Shown here: in pieces, positions 50,438 to 64,000 of the stretch
How positions within the stretch are numbered: the first letter of the stretch is position 1
How the letters are laid out: every line of letters starts with the position of its first letter
NCBI GenBank assembly: GCA_002633005.1
Contig: NMRA01000109.1
Span: 282,252 to 346,251, forward strand
From: Phoronis australis
Taxonomy: Eukaryota > Animalia > Phoronida
Direction: 5' to 3'
DNA length: 64,000 nucleotides
Notes under the pieces: generated by a model
What the model saw: only the letters and a program-made list of their open reading frames with translations
What the model was told of the DNA's origin: nothing
The model's database searches: none
Made by a program: the position numbers and the translations under genes

Positions 50438-51371
50438 CTAGTTGTCTGGTAATTCAGAAGAGTTTTTCAAAAATTTCAGGTCATTTGCACGGAGTTTTTT
50501 GATGGCGTTGCGCTACCCGATAGAGGACACAAGCTCGAATGAAAGATGAAGTGAACAATACAGGTAACTACATGAAAATGTTGAATTGCCACGTGTAAGT
50601 TATTCACAGGTGCACAATTAATTGGTGACATATGTAACTGTGCAATTGTAGGGCAATTCCTAATTTAAAAAAATAATTAAGTTTCTTTGTCATTCTAGTG
50701 ATCATTTTTAAACATTACACATTTCATCTTTAGGATGGCCATATTTACTCACTAGTTATGATATTGTTTCATATCTTTCAAGATATTCAATTTGTTTAAA
50801 AGTTGACATCATAAAAAGTGTAAATTCCCAGTATAGACGTCTCTGTGATGATGATCTTGTGCAAAAGGCCAAATTGATGTATTTTGATTAAAAAACAATA
50901 GATGTTGCATTACTCTAATTTAATTTTGAGTCAATTGCAAAGTACCAATTACAGCTTAATTATTCTGAATTGATATCTTTGCCATAAGAAACACTTTAAT
51001 CTTAGAAATTCAGAGCTTATGTCCATGACTCACTCAACATCTAATTGGCTAACAAAAATATCTTAGAAGTTATCATCAAAGTACAAGTCACCCATAATTA
51101 ATGTTGATGTATGCATTGAAAGTGTAAGTGAGACCTAGGAAGAAAATATTTTTCACAAAGTTGATCAAAATATTCTCTGATTATAAATCCACTGTACTTT
51201 ATCAAAATGGAATTGATTTTGTCACAGCTACTAGTATGTGACTTGGATTCAATTTGCTCCTTTTGTATGCAACGCTTTCTTTACTCCATGTTACTTCTTG
51301 CAGTCTTCTTGCCTCAATGTACCCACTTGTAGCTCAGTGGAAACTGTTTCTGCATTCTGGAACATAACACA

Positions 51372-51495
51372 CATGGACGGCGCACCATAGGGGGCTGGGG
51401 GGGAGGCTGTAGCCCCCCACTTTTTTCAGTGCTCCGGCGCCCATGGTCTATGGGCGGTGTACCACAGGGGGGATGGGGGGGCTGCGCCGCCCATG
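51372..51495. mobile_element. Short non-autonomous TIR element (MITE), 5-bp TSD ACACA
   Basis: CATGGACGGCGCA...TGCGCCGCCCATG flanked by ACACA (51367-51371, 51496-51500); homologous to 6809-6968. Confidence 0.85.
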
Positions 51496-54400
51496 ACACA
51501 TATGACAGTTTGTCTTTGGTTCTGCAAACATTGACTATCATGATCTTAACTGGTTGTTTTTTATATTTTTAACTTCAAGGTTTTGTTTTGTAATATTATT
51601 TTAAGGATGAGTCCTCATGCAGCGGACAAGCTTACTTCATAATAACATTATTTTGTTTTTTCATCAGATCACTGTCAAGCCTCAGCAGAGTTTATTCATG
51701 AAGACCATGGGCATTTTCAGTGTTGTCGCCTTACTCGAAGGGAAGTAAGCAGTAAGAATTTCGTCCTGATGTGCCACCACTCCGTTCATGTAGGAGGATA
51801 CCCAGCCGTACCAGGCCTCTTCCCTGTGAAAGTCACAAAGAAAGATCTCTGCACACACATAGAGAAAGTTAACAAGTATTTAGTTCAAGGGGCTTTGCAA
51901 CCCATGTTTGGTGTTACAAATGACTTTTTGTTCATCGACTTTTTGCTGTGAAATTAGTCTTTCACTCACCTTACTAGAGCTTTAGAAAGGATATCACAGT
52001 AAACGAGAGTGGTCTTTGAAATTGTAGTAAGACTTGTTGCAGATACGAATGTTAAATCTGTGCTCTCTAACAAACATGCATATTCGCTGGCTGTAACAAG
52101 TGACATGTTTGAAAAAAGAACATAAAAAGTAAAATTGGGACCACCCCCACCAACGCCTAGTTAGTTTTTTTGGTCATTTTTAAGAGTCCAATTTAGGAAA
52201 TACGAGTGCAAATTTTCAAATATAAGTCAGATTTTAAAGGGAACTGTTTCTCCTGTATGGTGCGCTGGGTTGTCATTTCATCTGAAAAGCAACATGTAGG
52301 GTTTCTAGTAATAACAAAGTTTCAGATCTCCCAAGCTTAGTAGTTTTAACTACTAAGAATTAAAATTCTGAAATTGTGAGGAAGAAGCAGCAAGTGGTTT
52401 AATGTTCAGTTTGTACCTTTGAACCTAATGGGGTTTTATGCAATGCCTAAGATTGGCGTTGAAATCTATATATCGTATACGGAGAACAGCAGTGTGTTGT
52501 GACCAAGCTGTTTAACGGAAAATGTTGAATGCTATAGGCATTAAATTGAGGATCTTACAAAACATTTACCAGTTCAGTAATGTCATTACTACTGTGTAAA
52601 GTAAGTAAGTACCTGAAAACACATTTACACAGTTTTAATTGCTGGAGTTTGTATTTCAGATGCATCAACCACAAAACATCTTGGATTCCATTCTTCATTG
52701 TGCTGTCTCAGGAATGATAGAGCCTTCTGCACCACTTCATATACAGCATTTGTCGTGACACATACTACAAACAGAGGATGGGCATACAAAGTAGTCTGGT
52801 GTCTATAATAGAATTATTTAAATGTAGTAGGGTGTACAATTCATAAGTCTTGTTTATTGATGACGTTTGCCATTTGGTGTGCTTAAAGGTTATGTAGTAC
52901 TTTATCGACAAGTCTGTACATTAAGTCAACTATTTACAAAACTGTAGAATTTTACTTTTTGTTGTATAACATAATGTTCAAGATAAATCTCAAAAATGCT
53001 GTTACAATTTGCTAAATTACCGTCTCATTTTTGTTTTATGCACTGTAAAAATTTCATGAAATTTATGCCATTCCTACTTTCTGGTAGGCCTTCACGCAAA
53101 TGTGGAACATTTTAAAAAAAACATTTCCAACGGCATGTTGGGGATTAGTTTATAAAGTGTATTCTGTGAAAGTGTCACGTGAACCCAATCAGCATCTTGT
53201 AAGATGTCCCAAAGATGGACAAAATTGGACATTTTGATAGGGTCCTACGTAACCAAAATGCTTTATGATTGTTACGTATTAAGCATCATTAGCATTACTT
53301 CTGACAATTATGTCTTGCAGTGCTTGATTTAGTGAACTACAGATTGTGTTTGGTCACCTGGGAAAAATCCCAAGTCGCCATGAAGTCACCACTGCGAGTA
53401 TCAAAGTCAGATAATTATTCCCTCGAAATTTGTTTCAAAGTTTCTGTTAGACTCCCAAATTTTAAGTTACAAACGGTTGTCTTAGATTTGATACCTTTGT
53501 TTACAATTGTTTTGTTTATTTCATGAAATCTGTGCATTTGCCACCACAGCAGTTAGCACTTGTCAAACTTCCATTAAAATTACATCAGGAAGTACACAGG
53601 TTGAACTAGCGCCTACAGTGTATATGATCACCTACATTCTGGGTATGCGGCGTAAGTTCCCAAGAACGGAGTATAGCATAACCTTTTTAGCCAACTATTC
53701 TGATGACAAACATCAGTAATGGACGACGTCAGATTTCCTTTGGCGACCTGGGATTTTCAGCAAGTAGCCAAATGCGACTTGGCTTCAAGCTAAGTGTTGA
53801 GCATCGTCCTACAATGCTAGCAATATCCCAAGATTGTTTAAGTGTGATCATTTTTGCAAACCTAAAAAATTCATGGTTCTTTAATGAGAATATTTTGAAA
53901 GTGATTAGCAGCAGGAGACGCTCCTGCAATTGAAATTATTATTACCTTGTCCATGACATGAGCTGAATGTTACTCTGATATTGGCAGATCAACAAATATG
54001 TATTTTTCAACACATACTTGCTCCTAGTTAGGAAACATCAAGTCGTTGTGAAGTGCATCTGACATCTTTTCTCTGTGATATAATATGCATTGTGGTCGAG
54101 ATGGTAGTTGGATAAAAGAGGACTATGGAAAATGTAGGTAGTGAATCTGTTGCACCATTAGCATAACCAGGTATGACATCAAGTTAAAATCAGAAACCTC
54201 AGACTAGAGCAAACCAAGTTTGTATTGGCTGAAGTAATCGCTTAAAAGCACACAATGCATATTCTTAAAAAACATTCATTTTGGTTTGTGTTTTTAGAGT
54301 ATGTCTCAGTACTGAATGCTATGAACTTTCACAATTTTGGCACGTGTTTAAACTGCCCTGTGGCTGAATGAAATTCAGTTTTTGGTCATTGAGGCTAACT

Positions 54401-57400
54401 TCATTTAATGTAGTACTTAGAAATGTGTGATTTGACTTGACATTACCTAATTAACACTACATAGGACTTTAATTATACTTGGTTGCTATGCTCATCTTGT
54501 ACCCTGGAAGAGCAACAACTTCTTGCATGCATATGGATTCTTCACATCCTCGTTTTTTTCCATCCAGTGACTTGCTTGGTCTGTACATTTTGTCTGTATG
54601 CTTGGTCAGTCTGTAATACCTGTAGAATGAGCTCTAGATTTAGTGATGGAGAAACAAGTAAGAATATCAAACTAATCATGATGCATTTGAATCTAGCTTT
54701 AACAACATGATTGTACTTCAGCGTCATCCCCTACTTCACTTAAAATGTATGTATTAACACTACCAAAGAATAATTGCATGTATTCCAACTCACCTTCACG
54801 AGTTCATATAGGCCAAATTTCCAATTGCTCTTTGACAGCTGTGTAGTTGACTGACATCTCCACTTCAAAATCTTTTACTGGGTTTGATGCTGCCTTATAA
54901 TTTTCTACAAAGCCATAGATACCCCAGTGTTTTTTGAAATACTTCACCCACTCTTTGTTTCTGTGGAGACACTCCGACAAATGCTCATATTTTCTTTGCT
55001 TCCCTGTGCGGTATGTGGGGAGAGCAGAGGGACCCACTTTTCCAGACACTAAAAAAATCTGACTATGTTTACAAAAAATATTCAGATCTTCAGTTTTTTT
55101 CTAAGTGGATGTAAATTGGAGCTCAACCTAAATGAAAATAAGGTTTTATTCGAAGTAGTTTCAAAATTCCGTTTTAATATTAAATCTCTGTGTTACTCCG
55201 TGTGAGTAAACTCTTTGTGTGAGTAGATAAATTGTATACATGTGAAATTATTTATTGTGAATGAAAATGATTTATTTAAATTCATTACCATGATGTCATT
55301 GTAATCTTAACATTTTATTCATGTATTTGTGTATATTTTTATATATCTTTATATATAAGCCTGTTGGCACTTTCTGTGAAAATTTCATAATAAACATTAA
55401 AAAATTGTTTTTCTGCAGTTTCATCTCCGCAATCCATTGCACAAATAAGTCTTAACGTCCAGCTGATCGAATTTTGGTAGCCGCGCGCTTTTGTCTTTCG
55501 TATCTTCTTTGTAGAAGAGTGTCTGGGAATCCCTGCACTCCAAAAATAGAATCATGATTTTCGACAACAGATGTCCTTGCTGCATACCTGGATTGGCTCG
55601 TTGACATTGTCCCGCTCCCCAGTCTCCAAGACGAACAGCAGTCGTCTCTCGATGCCGATAGAGGGCGCGCGCGGCAGAAGGCCAGCGCAGCAGTGAGACA
55701 GGTCAAGTGACGTCTCACTACATTATCCTCACTTTCATATCCATAATCACTGAAGTCTATATCTAAATTTGACCAGTGTAATCAATATCCACACCACCCT
55801 CCATAATAAAAACTTCAAGAACTGTGAGAGCAGCAGAGATGATATCCGTGTAATACCAGGTCAGTATTTCAAGTGAATACAGCGCTAGTGACAGATCGAG
55901 TAGAATGTTCCCAGTTACTGGACATTTTTGCTATTCCATCTGGTCAGATCCAACAATATAAACAGGTGCAGGCACCCTAGCAGATGATTAAGGGATGACA
56001 GCAATTTTATGTTATACCGGGCCAATTAGGCCCCAATTCAGAGCACTCAGTTTCAATCTAGTCTTCAAATCAAACAAACATACTATATTTCTTGGAAGAA
56101 CATCTCTATAATCTTACAACAACCACTACAAAGTTAACACGCTTCCTGGTTTTTCCTTGAATTGATAATTAGCTTGTGAAGAAATTGTTCTAAAGTTGTG
56201 AAATAACATCCAATAAGCATTAACTTCACTAACAATAAGTTAAAACAGAGTATGGTGTCTCAATCCTCATTGGATAGAAAACTGGGAATACCCTAGATGT
56301 ATTTAAACTTAAACCAATAAATTGCTGCCGTCTATCCCTCCTGATGGCGTGATCCGCCTGTGAGCTACATTGTTTAGATTACGCCTCCAGACGGCATCAG
56401 GCCCTGATAGAAAACAAACAGTCACGCCGTATGGCGGGATCAGGGACGAATTAACGCTGCACCTTCCTCAGATGTATATATAGTGTCTATGGGTAATCAC
56501 ATCAGGCATATGCGTTTCAAATCTCCAGTAACGGTGCAATCATGACAGGTCAAAGTTGCAGGCACAAAGCACATATATAGCACAGTTATGTCCAAGCATA
56601 ATAATCGCACGAAACATGAAAAAGTGCCCATAGCCCAATACGCTAGAGACTTAGCCGATCGAGATCCAAGTCAGATGTTACAGAGTATATGTAACATAAA
56701 TACAGCACAGTCATTAGCTTCTTCACGGCACGAGGTACATGTACAAACAACATTGGGTGACAAGGTATTCACTTCACAGCACTGTACCGGTACTATCCTA
56801 CATTGACCGTTAGCGCATGCGCGCATTCACTATACATGGGAGGGAGATTAGAGATCAGTCTATATGCGGTTACCACAATAATTTTGCTTCGTGCTTCTTT
56901 CAAAAACTGTGAATTGTGTGATTTTGTTCTGGAACTTCCCTCACACGGGGCAGTGGATAACTCTGTAGTAGAGGTTACTAGAAGATTCTTTCGTTACGGA
57001 TCGTTTAAAACATATTTTTCACGAGTTTTCTCGGTCCAGGCCACATAGAGGCCGTACCACCGGACAAAAAATGTTGTAGAGACAATTAGACAGTTTCACC
57101 GATTCTACTTAGCAGAAGAGATATGATGGTACAATATAAAATTTTTATGCACCGGATTAGCTTTTTAACAAAATATGCCTCGCACTGGTTCAACCATCAA
57201 AGTTGCTCATTGGGAGACACTTTTTGTAGACCTTCTGTCTGGAGTGGACTGACAGTGTTCTTAGTTTTTTTTTTGTTCCATTGTGCTGTTTGTGTTCTAG
57301 TACACTAGGGAACAAAGTGGTCGTCCGCCTAAGCATAAAACTGGCTTGTTGTCGTACTCACCCAATTTTTCCACTTCAAAGTTATGCTCTGAATAGGATT

Positions 57401-59003
57401 TGATTTAACTCTCACAACTATATAGTATTCGTTGATTCAAAAGTTTTCTTTTATTTATGCCGAGTTGTTTCAACTGTGCATTGTTTTTCGGCAGCCATTT
57501 TATAATGACTTCTATGGTCCTCATATGCTGCCGCCTTTTGAAAGAACAGAAAACCACACAGAAAAAGGCCAAGAAAATAGTGGAAAGTGGTTTGCAGCAA
57601 TTCTACTTCAACCACAAACTGTTTTACTAGTATGATATCGATTTTTAAATCGATTGAAATTGATTCAGAATTTCAGTTCTGGAAAAAAATCGCAATTGTT
57701 TTATTCCAGATAGGCCTTACTTATTTTCTGTTTGTGACCTTTTTATTTGACTTTTTGCTCTTGTTGTTCTTAATACCACTTATCTCTGCTGTCTTTCTTT
57801 TTCTTTTCAGTTTTTCTTCATTCTCTGTTAACACCATGTCAGCCAAAACAGAACTGTAATCCTTTCAGACTTGGTCGGAGGAAATTGATCATTGAACCTC
57901 GATACAATTGTTCTAATACATTACCCAATATCGTATTGTTTGATTTTTTCTCACCTTTAACAGGCTTTTGTAATCATAAATCAATAAATAAATACCCACG
58001 TTGCATTTGCATTTTATTGCTCAAACTCGTCTTTTATTTTTGATTATGTCATGCTGTGTTGTATGTAACAATGCAATATAGTGAAACAAAATCAATTTTT
58101 ACTTTTTTGGTGGCCATTCTCTATCAATTCAAGTATTTTAATTTTCTTCAAATAAATTCAAAATGCTTTAACCAAAGATTTCGGCATAATTGTTGAGCTC
58201 AGTACTGTTGTTTGCAATAAAAAACAAGTGGACAGTATTTTGATGACCAAGGTGTGGGCCGAAACTGTTAAGCACCCAGCGTGTTGCATTTGTCTGCTGC
58301 GTTTTTTCTTTGACCTAACAGGTGTCGGTTAGTGCCTGGGACAAATAAATACATTGCATAAACAATCTCTTGGTTGTTTTTCGTTCCGTCTGAAGAAAAT
58401 TTAATTTCGAAAATATCATCTGAAAATGAACAAAAAAAGTGCATTAGTAAAATCTACAAGTTTTTAAGTGGTCTCAAAAAACAGTCGGTAAATGCACCGA
58501 TTTTCGTCTGGTAATATTATATCAACTCACAATTAGGCAAACACAAGTTAGCAGAAACTTGTAGTTACAACAATTTCTGTGAATTAATCAAATAACTAAA
58601 GAACTGAAAAAAGTTGTTTCTAAACACATAGTTAATAGTGAAACATCAAGAAACAAAATTGTGTCTCTTACCAACGCTGGGTATCTGTGATATTTTTAAA
58701 CAAGCAGCAGCCTCTCTCCAAGCAATATGAATTATAGAGTAGTTAACAGAGTACTTATACTGAATACAAGCATGATGGGCGGAATGGTTCAAAATATGAA
58801 AACCAACAAACTTCCTCCAAAATGCTACTTCTAGTTCCAAAACAATTCTCTGAATAAAGTTCCTGAACTCCAGCAACGAACCCAAGCCATTACCAAATAT
58901 TGTGTAGGCAGACAAAGTTAAGTAATTTCTATGGATAATAGTTCCGATTATTGTCGTTGTCGGAAATGCCTCATCCCAAAGCTGACAGGTTTCAAAGACT
59001 TAA

Positions 59004-59441
59004 TGTTACAAAACTTGCAAAACAAGGCACCAGTTCTAGAATATTGCACAATACTATAAATACCCAAGCAAATTGGTTTGTTTGAAGTGTGAATTAAGAG
59101 CTAAAAGTCAGTTAAAGTTAGTTACAAGAGAGTTACAGTTGAGAGAATCAGCAGCCACAGCTACAATAGAGAGCCAGCTATAAAGACAGCAGGTTATTGA
59201 ATCAGGGAGAGTAGCAGTTGCTGAAAGTGTCTCAGAAGCTTTTCTCAAGACAAGGCTTCGCAGTACTGGCTGGAGCATAAACAGACATTGCGTCAGACGA
59301 GTTGTTTGAGTAGGCTTGTGAACGTACGGTTGGGATTAAAAATTTATTAACTTGAAGCAGTCTTCAGTCTATCGTAGCACCGAAAACTATTGGCACCGGT
59401 CTGTAACAACCTGCGCCCACCCACACACGGGAAAATGTGAA
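59004..59441 (+). mobile_element. Solo LTR related to 41149-41783
   Basis: Shares AATAGAGAGCCAGCT, CTTCGCAG.ACTGGCTGGAG, CAGTCTTCA.TCTATCGT.GCACC and CCGGTCTGTAACAACCTGCGCC; TATAAATA at ~59055. Confidence 0.65.
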
Positions 59442-60545
59442 GCCCCAATGCTTTAAATACCGGTATGTTAACTCTTCCAATACGAAAAAATACTCAAGTA
59501 ATCAAACTTTGTTTCTAAAAGTCGGCAACCGGCCATGTTTACAATTGCACGCACCAAGGGATATGACATCATATCTCCTGGTGCGAGCAGTGTAAAACTG
59601 GCCAGTTGCTGATTTGGGCAATGCATAAAGGACTGCTAGGAAAAGTTGGACTACAATTAAAATGATAAAACAAGGTTACATCTAGGTATTTATAATAGGG
59701 GTTTATTTCAAATAATTTATCGGCAAGGTATTAATTTTCGCGTGAAAAAATAGCACATTCACGCTTGCGTTAATCACAGCACTTAAAAGTAACTCAGTGT
59801 GATGATTTACTGAACTTGAGTTAACAACTGCATCGTAAAAAAGCTGATGTTACGAGTCAGCCAGAGTCGAGGAACTTTGCGAGCAGACGATTGTGTCATT
59901 ACAAATACACTATACTCGGTATTGGAGTGCAATTTCCTGTAAATATCTTAGTGTTCAATGTGTCTCTGTGAATTCATAATTTTTTCGTTTGGCGTGATGC
60001 ATTTTGCCTGATTTTCTTGGAGACGCTGTGTAGGGAATTGACATATTAATGATGACCCAGATTAAAACCAGCGAGGTCAAAAATAGGTACCTGATTACCG
60101 TGCGTCAAAATTGTCATCGACAAATCTTTACTAAAAGTTTAAGAGGTGAATTTTCTTTTTGGGGAACGATACCTTCGATCAATGCTTTAAGTAACCAAAT
60201 CAATGAGTACAAGAAAAATTGTTTTGGTACCCGCGTTATTACTCCAAAGGAAGACTGTTCACCCACCGCAAAATACTTTCTCTACCGTTGTAGGCCTACG
60301 TGTAAATGAATTGGCTCAGCTTTACCGTAATTCTCGGCATATTTCACTGAGTATCGAATGCTTGCTTTTACACATATGTGTGATAAATGCAGTCGCTATA
60401 TCACCATCTAAATGCGGAATATTTTGTTACTGTAATGTTCGGCGTTCCCAAACCTGAACACATCGGTAAGCATATTTGAAGTATCTCGTTTTCTGCCACA
60501 TTAAACCGATTTGAATTTCGCTACACACAAAATATCTCCTGTTAA

Positions 60546-63090
60546 GAGTGACTCCATATAAAAACCAACAGGTAGAGTCTATACCCAAAATCACCGATTT
60601 TTTTTGAAACTTAGGACATGAGTTTGGTTTGTTGAGGAGTAGAAAAACCTCACTTTTTAAGAATTTTCATTCATTATTTTTCTTTTTATGACCTGTGCCT
60701 CCATTTTGCAACAAAATTGGGCGTCGAAGTAGGCATGTTTGAATGAATTTTAGTAGCATGTATGGTACGGTCAAAACAAATTAATAATACGAATTAAAAC
60801 GGCAATGGCTGAATAATTTAATGGCATAACTTTCAAAATCCATTTTTAAATTTGTGCGTTTTGAATTTGTGAGGCAAAAACGGCTATTTTTCAGGTTTTC
60901 ACTGAAGCCATTTTCGGCCAAATTTGTCACTCTGTAGCAGCCATAACGCACCTTTCCTGAAATTGACTTTATAATAATCTGTTCAGTCATTCCTAACCTG
61001 TTCATAATCTAAGATAAAAAATCTTGCCTCTAATGTAGTTTTTGCGTACGAAGCATTACACGAACTGCACTGCGTCCTTTTGCATGTTCTCAGTTGCTTC
61101 TGCTGCCAATAGGGGGCTCTTGGAACATAATTAGCTTGCGAAACACGACATAAAAACCTTGTATTTTGGAGAAAAGGCACACAGCCTTATTAATTACCGT
61201 TCTCTGAAAACGGCATTGATGATTATTGCTTATTACAAAAAATGTGTACGTAAATCAACTGACAAGCGTGCTTATAAATGATAGATGGCGCTGCTTTTGT
61301 TTACGTGGAGACTGAAGAGCATCTAGAATAAGAGCAGTAACACGAGGACCTTGCTTTAATTCATGACTTCGCGAGATATTGCCCTTCATTTTAAATGAGA
61401 CCACGTGGTTTTGGATAGATTTTAGAGAGGTTCTAGTGTTACTGAACTCACCCCTGCCTTGTTTTCCATCTGCCTTGTTCGTGCCACAGGCAAAGGAAGG
61501 CACCCAAGGAGGATATGGCCCCCTAGTGTTCAATGCAAAAAATCCTTCAATTTGTCAATAGTCATTGTAACTTTGGGTTCATATTGTAATGTCCGTGCTG
61601 GTTGCTACAAAATTTAGTCGCCACCAGTCGCTAGAAATCTGGTGTTCTCCCCCACACACCGGGCACCATAACGCTGAATATTTCTGCCAGTGTGATCATC
61701 TGTGGTATAAAAAGGTACACATTCACAGTCAATAGAAAATAATTCACGAGAGTTTTATTAGTGACTCATTCATGACAGACATGAAGTAAACAGAAGTAAC
61801 GGTCTCGACTTCATGTATCACACATCGTGGTATGCTACAAAACTAGGCTAAACGTTGAGCTCATTTACCACTTCATTCAATAAATCTGACGACATAACAG
61901 CATCTTCAGCAGAAATAGAATCGTAATAAACATTGCTGCAGACAACCTCGAAAAAATCCACCAATCTGCGATTCACTTAACATCACTTTCCCAGTGGGTT
62001 CTCGTAATGTTTTCTCCGTTTTGGCACTTCCGAGGGTGAACGTTTTTACCTGACTTATCTCCTTCATCGAATATGTTCGTCAGAAAGTTCTTAACCTTTG
62101 CTGAAAATCTTGTTTACCTTTTACCTTTTTCAATGCCTAACCTATTGCTTCAGCATTCGTCTCATCCAAACAGTACAGGTACTCTGAGGCTGCCTCAAAT
62201 GACGCTCCGGTTCTTGCATCTGAGAGCATTTCTGACCACTTTCGTGGGATGTGGTCATACGTGGTTTCCCTCTGTAAATGTTCAGTGAGGTTACCCACAT
62301 CCAAATGCTGACCTAGTTCTGCGTCTGTAGCAAAAATTTCGAGTAACCTTGCTGGGTACAAGGGAAATTTTGTTGAGGCTCTTCACTAGATACAATGCCA
62401 ACCTTAACTCCTGGTGTTGAAAATCCGCCATGTCTAGAGATGTTAGTGTATTTTAGAGAAATAGGTTTCTCATTTTCTCAGTATTTGTAAGAACTTACCG
62501 TCACCTACGTGGAATGATTTCCACACGCGAATTCCTTGGGTAGAATAGTAGGAATTTGGGCATGTGCTTATACCAGGAACTGAGTATTTTGGAAAAGAAT
62601 TTGTTGCATCGACTGAACATGCATACACATAACATCCCTTCACACGGCCACTAGAAATTAATGCTTCTTTCAAATCCAGAAAGTTTGTGATATTGTTACC
62701 TTCGGCTACAAAGTACTTTGCATGTTGTTTGATTGGAGCGATCTTGCGATCACAGAGATCTTTTCCATTCTGACTTTCACTAAAATCATATCTCGAAATA
62801 GATATGCCAGTAGAATTTGACAAGGCTGCTACGTTCATGAGGAGAGGAGCAGAGTGGTAACATCCAGCATTACCTGACTCTTCCATGACTGGTCCTGTTC
62901 AGTCAGAAATTCCCCGACTCGGGGTAGTACGAGTCCGTACTCTGGCACAGGCCTTGCTTTGTGAGGTAGTTTCCTGTATCTCAAATGTTCAGTGGTGTCT
63001 TTGACATAACTCACTAAAGCACAAAGCTTTTGCGATCGGATTTTTTGCAGAATAAACTCTACAGGAACATGAAGACCCATCGTCCGCCAT
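60546..63090 (-). mobile_element. Sola3 DNA transposon remnant, internally deleted; other terminus not found
   Basis: TTAA|GAG terminus at 60542-60548 (Sola3 pattern) and the transposase remnant listed next. Confidence 0.65.
61870..63090 (-). pseudogene. Sola3-type transposase remnant
   Basis: SGNAGCYHS..RYDFSESQNGKDLCDRKIAPIKQH..EGNNI..LKEALISSGRVKG (62470-62886); LGQHLDVG..ETTYDHIPRKW (62137-62361); RFSAKVKNFLTNIFDEGDKSGKK. The N-terminal piece DTTEHL..EYGLVLPRVG is fused directly at ~62887. Confidence 0.75.
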
Positions 63091-64000
63091 TTTGCCTTTT
63101 TAAAATGGACTTGCTTCTCTCATTACAAATATCAATTCTTACTCCTTTAATCTTAAAGGCATTTATTTCCATTTAAAAGTTCTACAGAGTGTTTAAATTA
63201 ACCTGATAATGTAAAAGAAATGAAAGAATACAAGAGGGTTACACGTACATTTTTATATATCCCAAAGCTTAACCTCAACTGAATCCCTCAGTGGGCAAAG
63301 ATCATGGGGTTCAGTTTTGATACTAGCCGCGTAATAAACCAGGAAAACATCTTGTTTTCATTTCAAAGAGTTTAGACTTGGTTTCTATAACTATTTAAAG
63401 CAGACTTCTTCCCTAAAAGTTTGTTCAAATGGTCTGTAAACTCTGCTCGTTATTTCCAAACTATGAAAATAGACAGCTTTGCAAGACAATCTAAAGTGCA
63501 AAGTTGAGGTAAGATTTTTTATTGCTCAGTCATCAAGACTAACTCTTTAACTGTATGTTCAAAACGTCACATAAGGCTACAAGGTGTTTTATGGCAGTAA
63601 GAAGGTCACAAAACTGGCCACTAAAATTAGCCCCAAAAAGTGGTCTGTGGATTATCTCCCCTGTCAAGCACAAAACTGTTAGGTTTTAATAAATGGCACA
63701 GAATTGTGCACAGTTTCCGTTGGTTATTTCAGCCACCAAAATATAGCTTCTGATCTATTTTGTACGTTACTCATTTTTGTTGCTGAAAACATGCGATTTT
63801 TCTGACAGCTAATATGCCCAATGGGGCTATTCGGAGAATTCTCCTCGCGGTGTCGCTGCTGTACTAGTGGTGATTAAATTGCGCATGCGTGGCTGTCTGC
63901 ATGTAAACAACTGGTAAAAGATGGAATTTTTATCAAAATACGTCGTCGCGCTAAGCCTTATTACTGCTAATTTCCCTGGTGCAAGTCTTCGACAGGTGGC

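Noticed and set aside
57587-57859. Hydrophobic ORF as the transmembrane exon of the lectin gene
   Set aside because: Hydrophobicity comes from T-rich low-complexity DNA; no convincing in-phase splice sites.

Overview
AT-rich (roughly 37% GC by eye) eukaryotic genomic DNA, most consistent with a marine invertebrate such as a mollusc; the taxon is inferred from repeat types only. It is not prokaryotic, and most entries in the ORF track are spurious. One host gene can be assembled on the + strand from four symmetric phase-1 exons spread over about 43 kb: signal-peptide tail (3454-3504), WSC domain (10294-10608, absent from the ORF track), and a divergent F-type-lectin-like domain split over two exons (30279-30587, 45838-46089). 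A decayed tandem copy of the third exon lies at about 30880-31298. The first and last exons were not found. Introns and flanks are packed with transposon debris: a Harbinger derivative, three Academ-type remnants, a well-preserved 1.7-kb Kolobok derivative (158-bp TIRs, TTAA TSD, THAP ORF convergent with a KolX/P2X7-ballast-like ORF) plus an older relative with the same layout, a Sola3 remnant, a rearranged LINE with a nested Tc2-like insertion, two related solo LTRs, MITEs, an 81-bp tandem repeat and microsatellites. Many TACATGTA 8-mers look like Tc1-type excision footprints. All translations and counts were done by eye, with no database searches.
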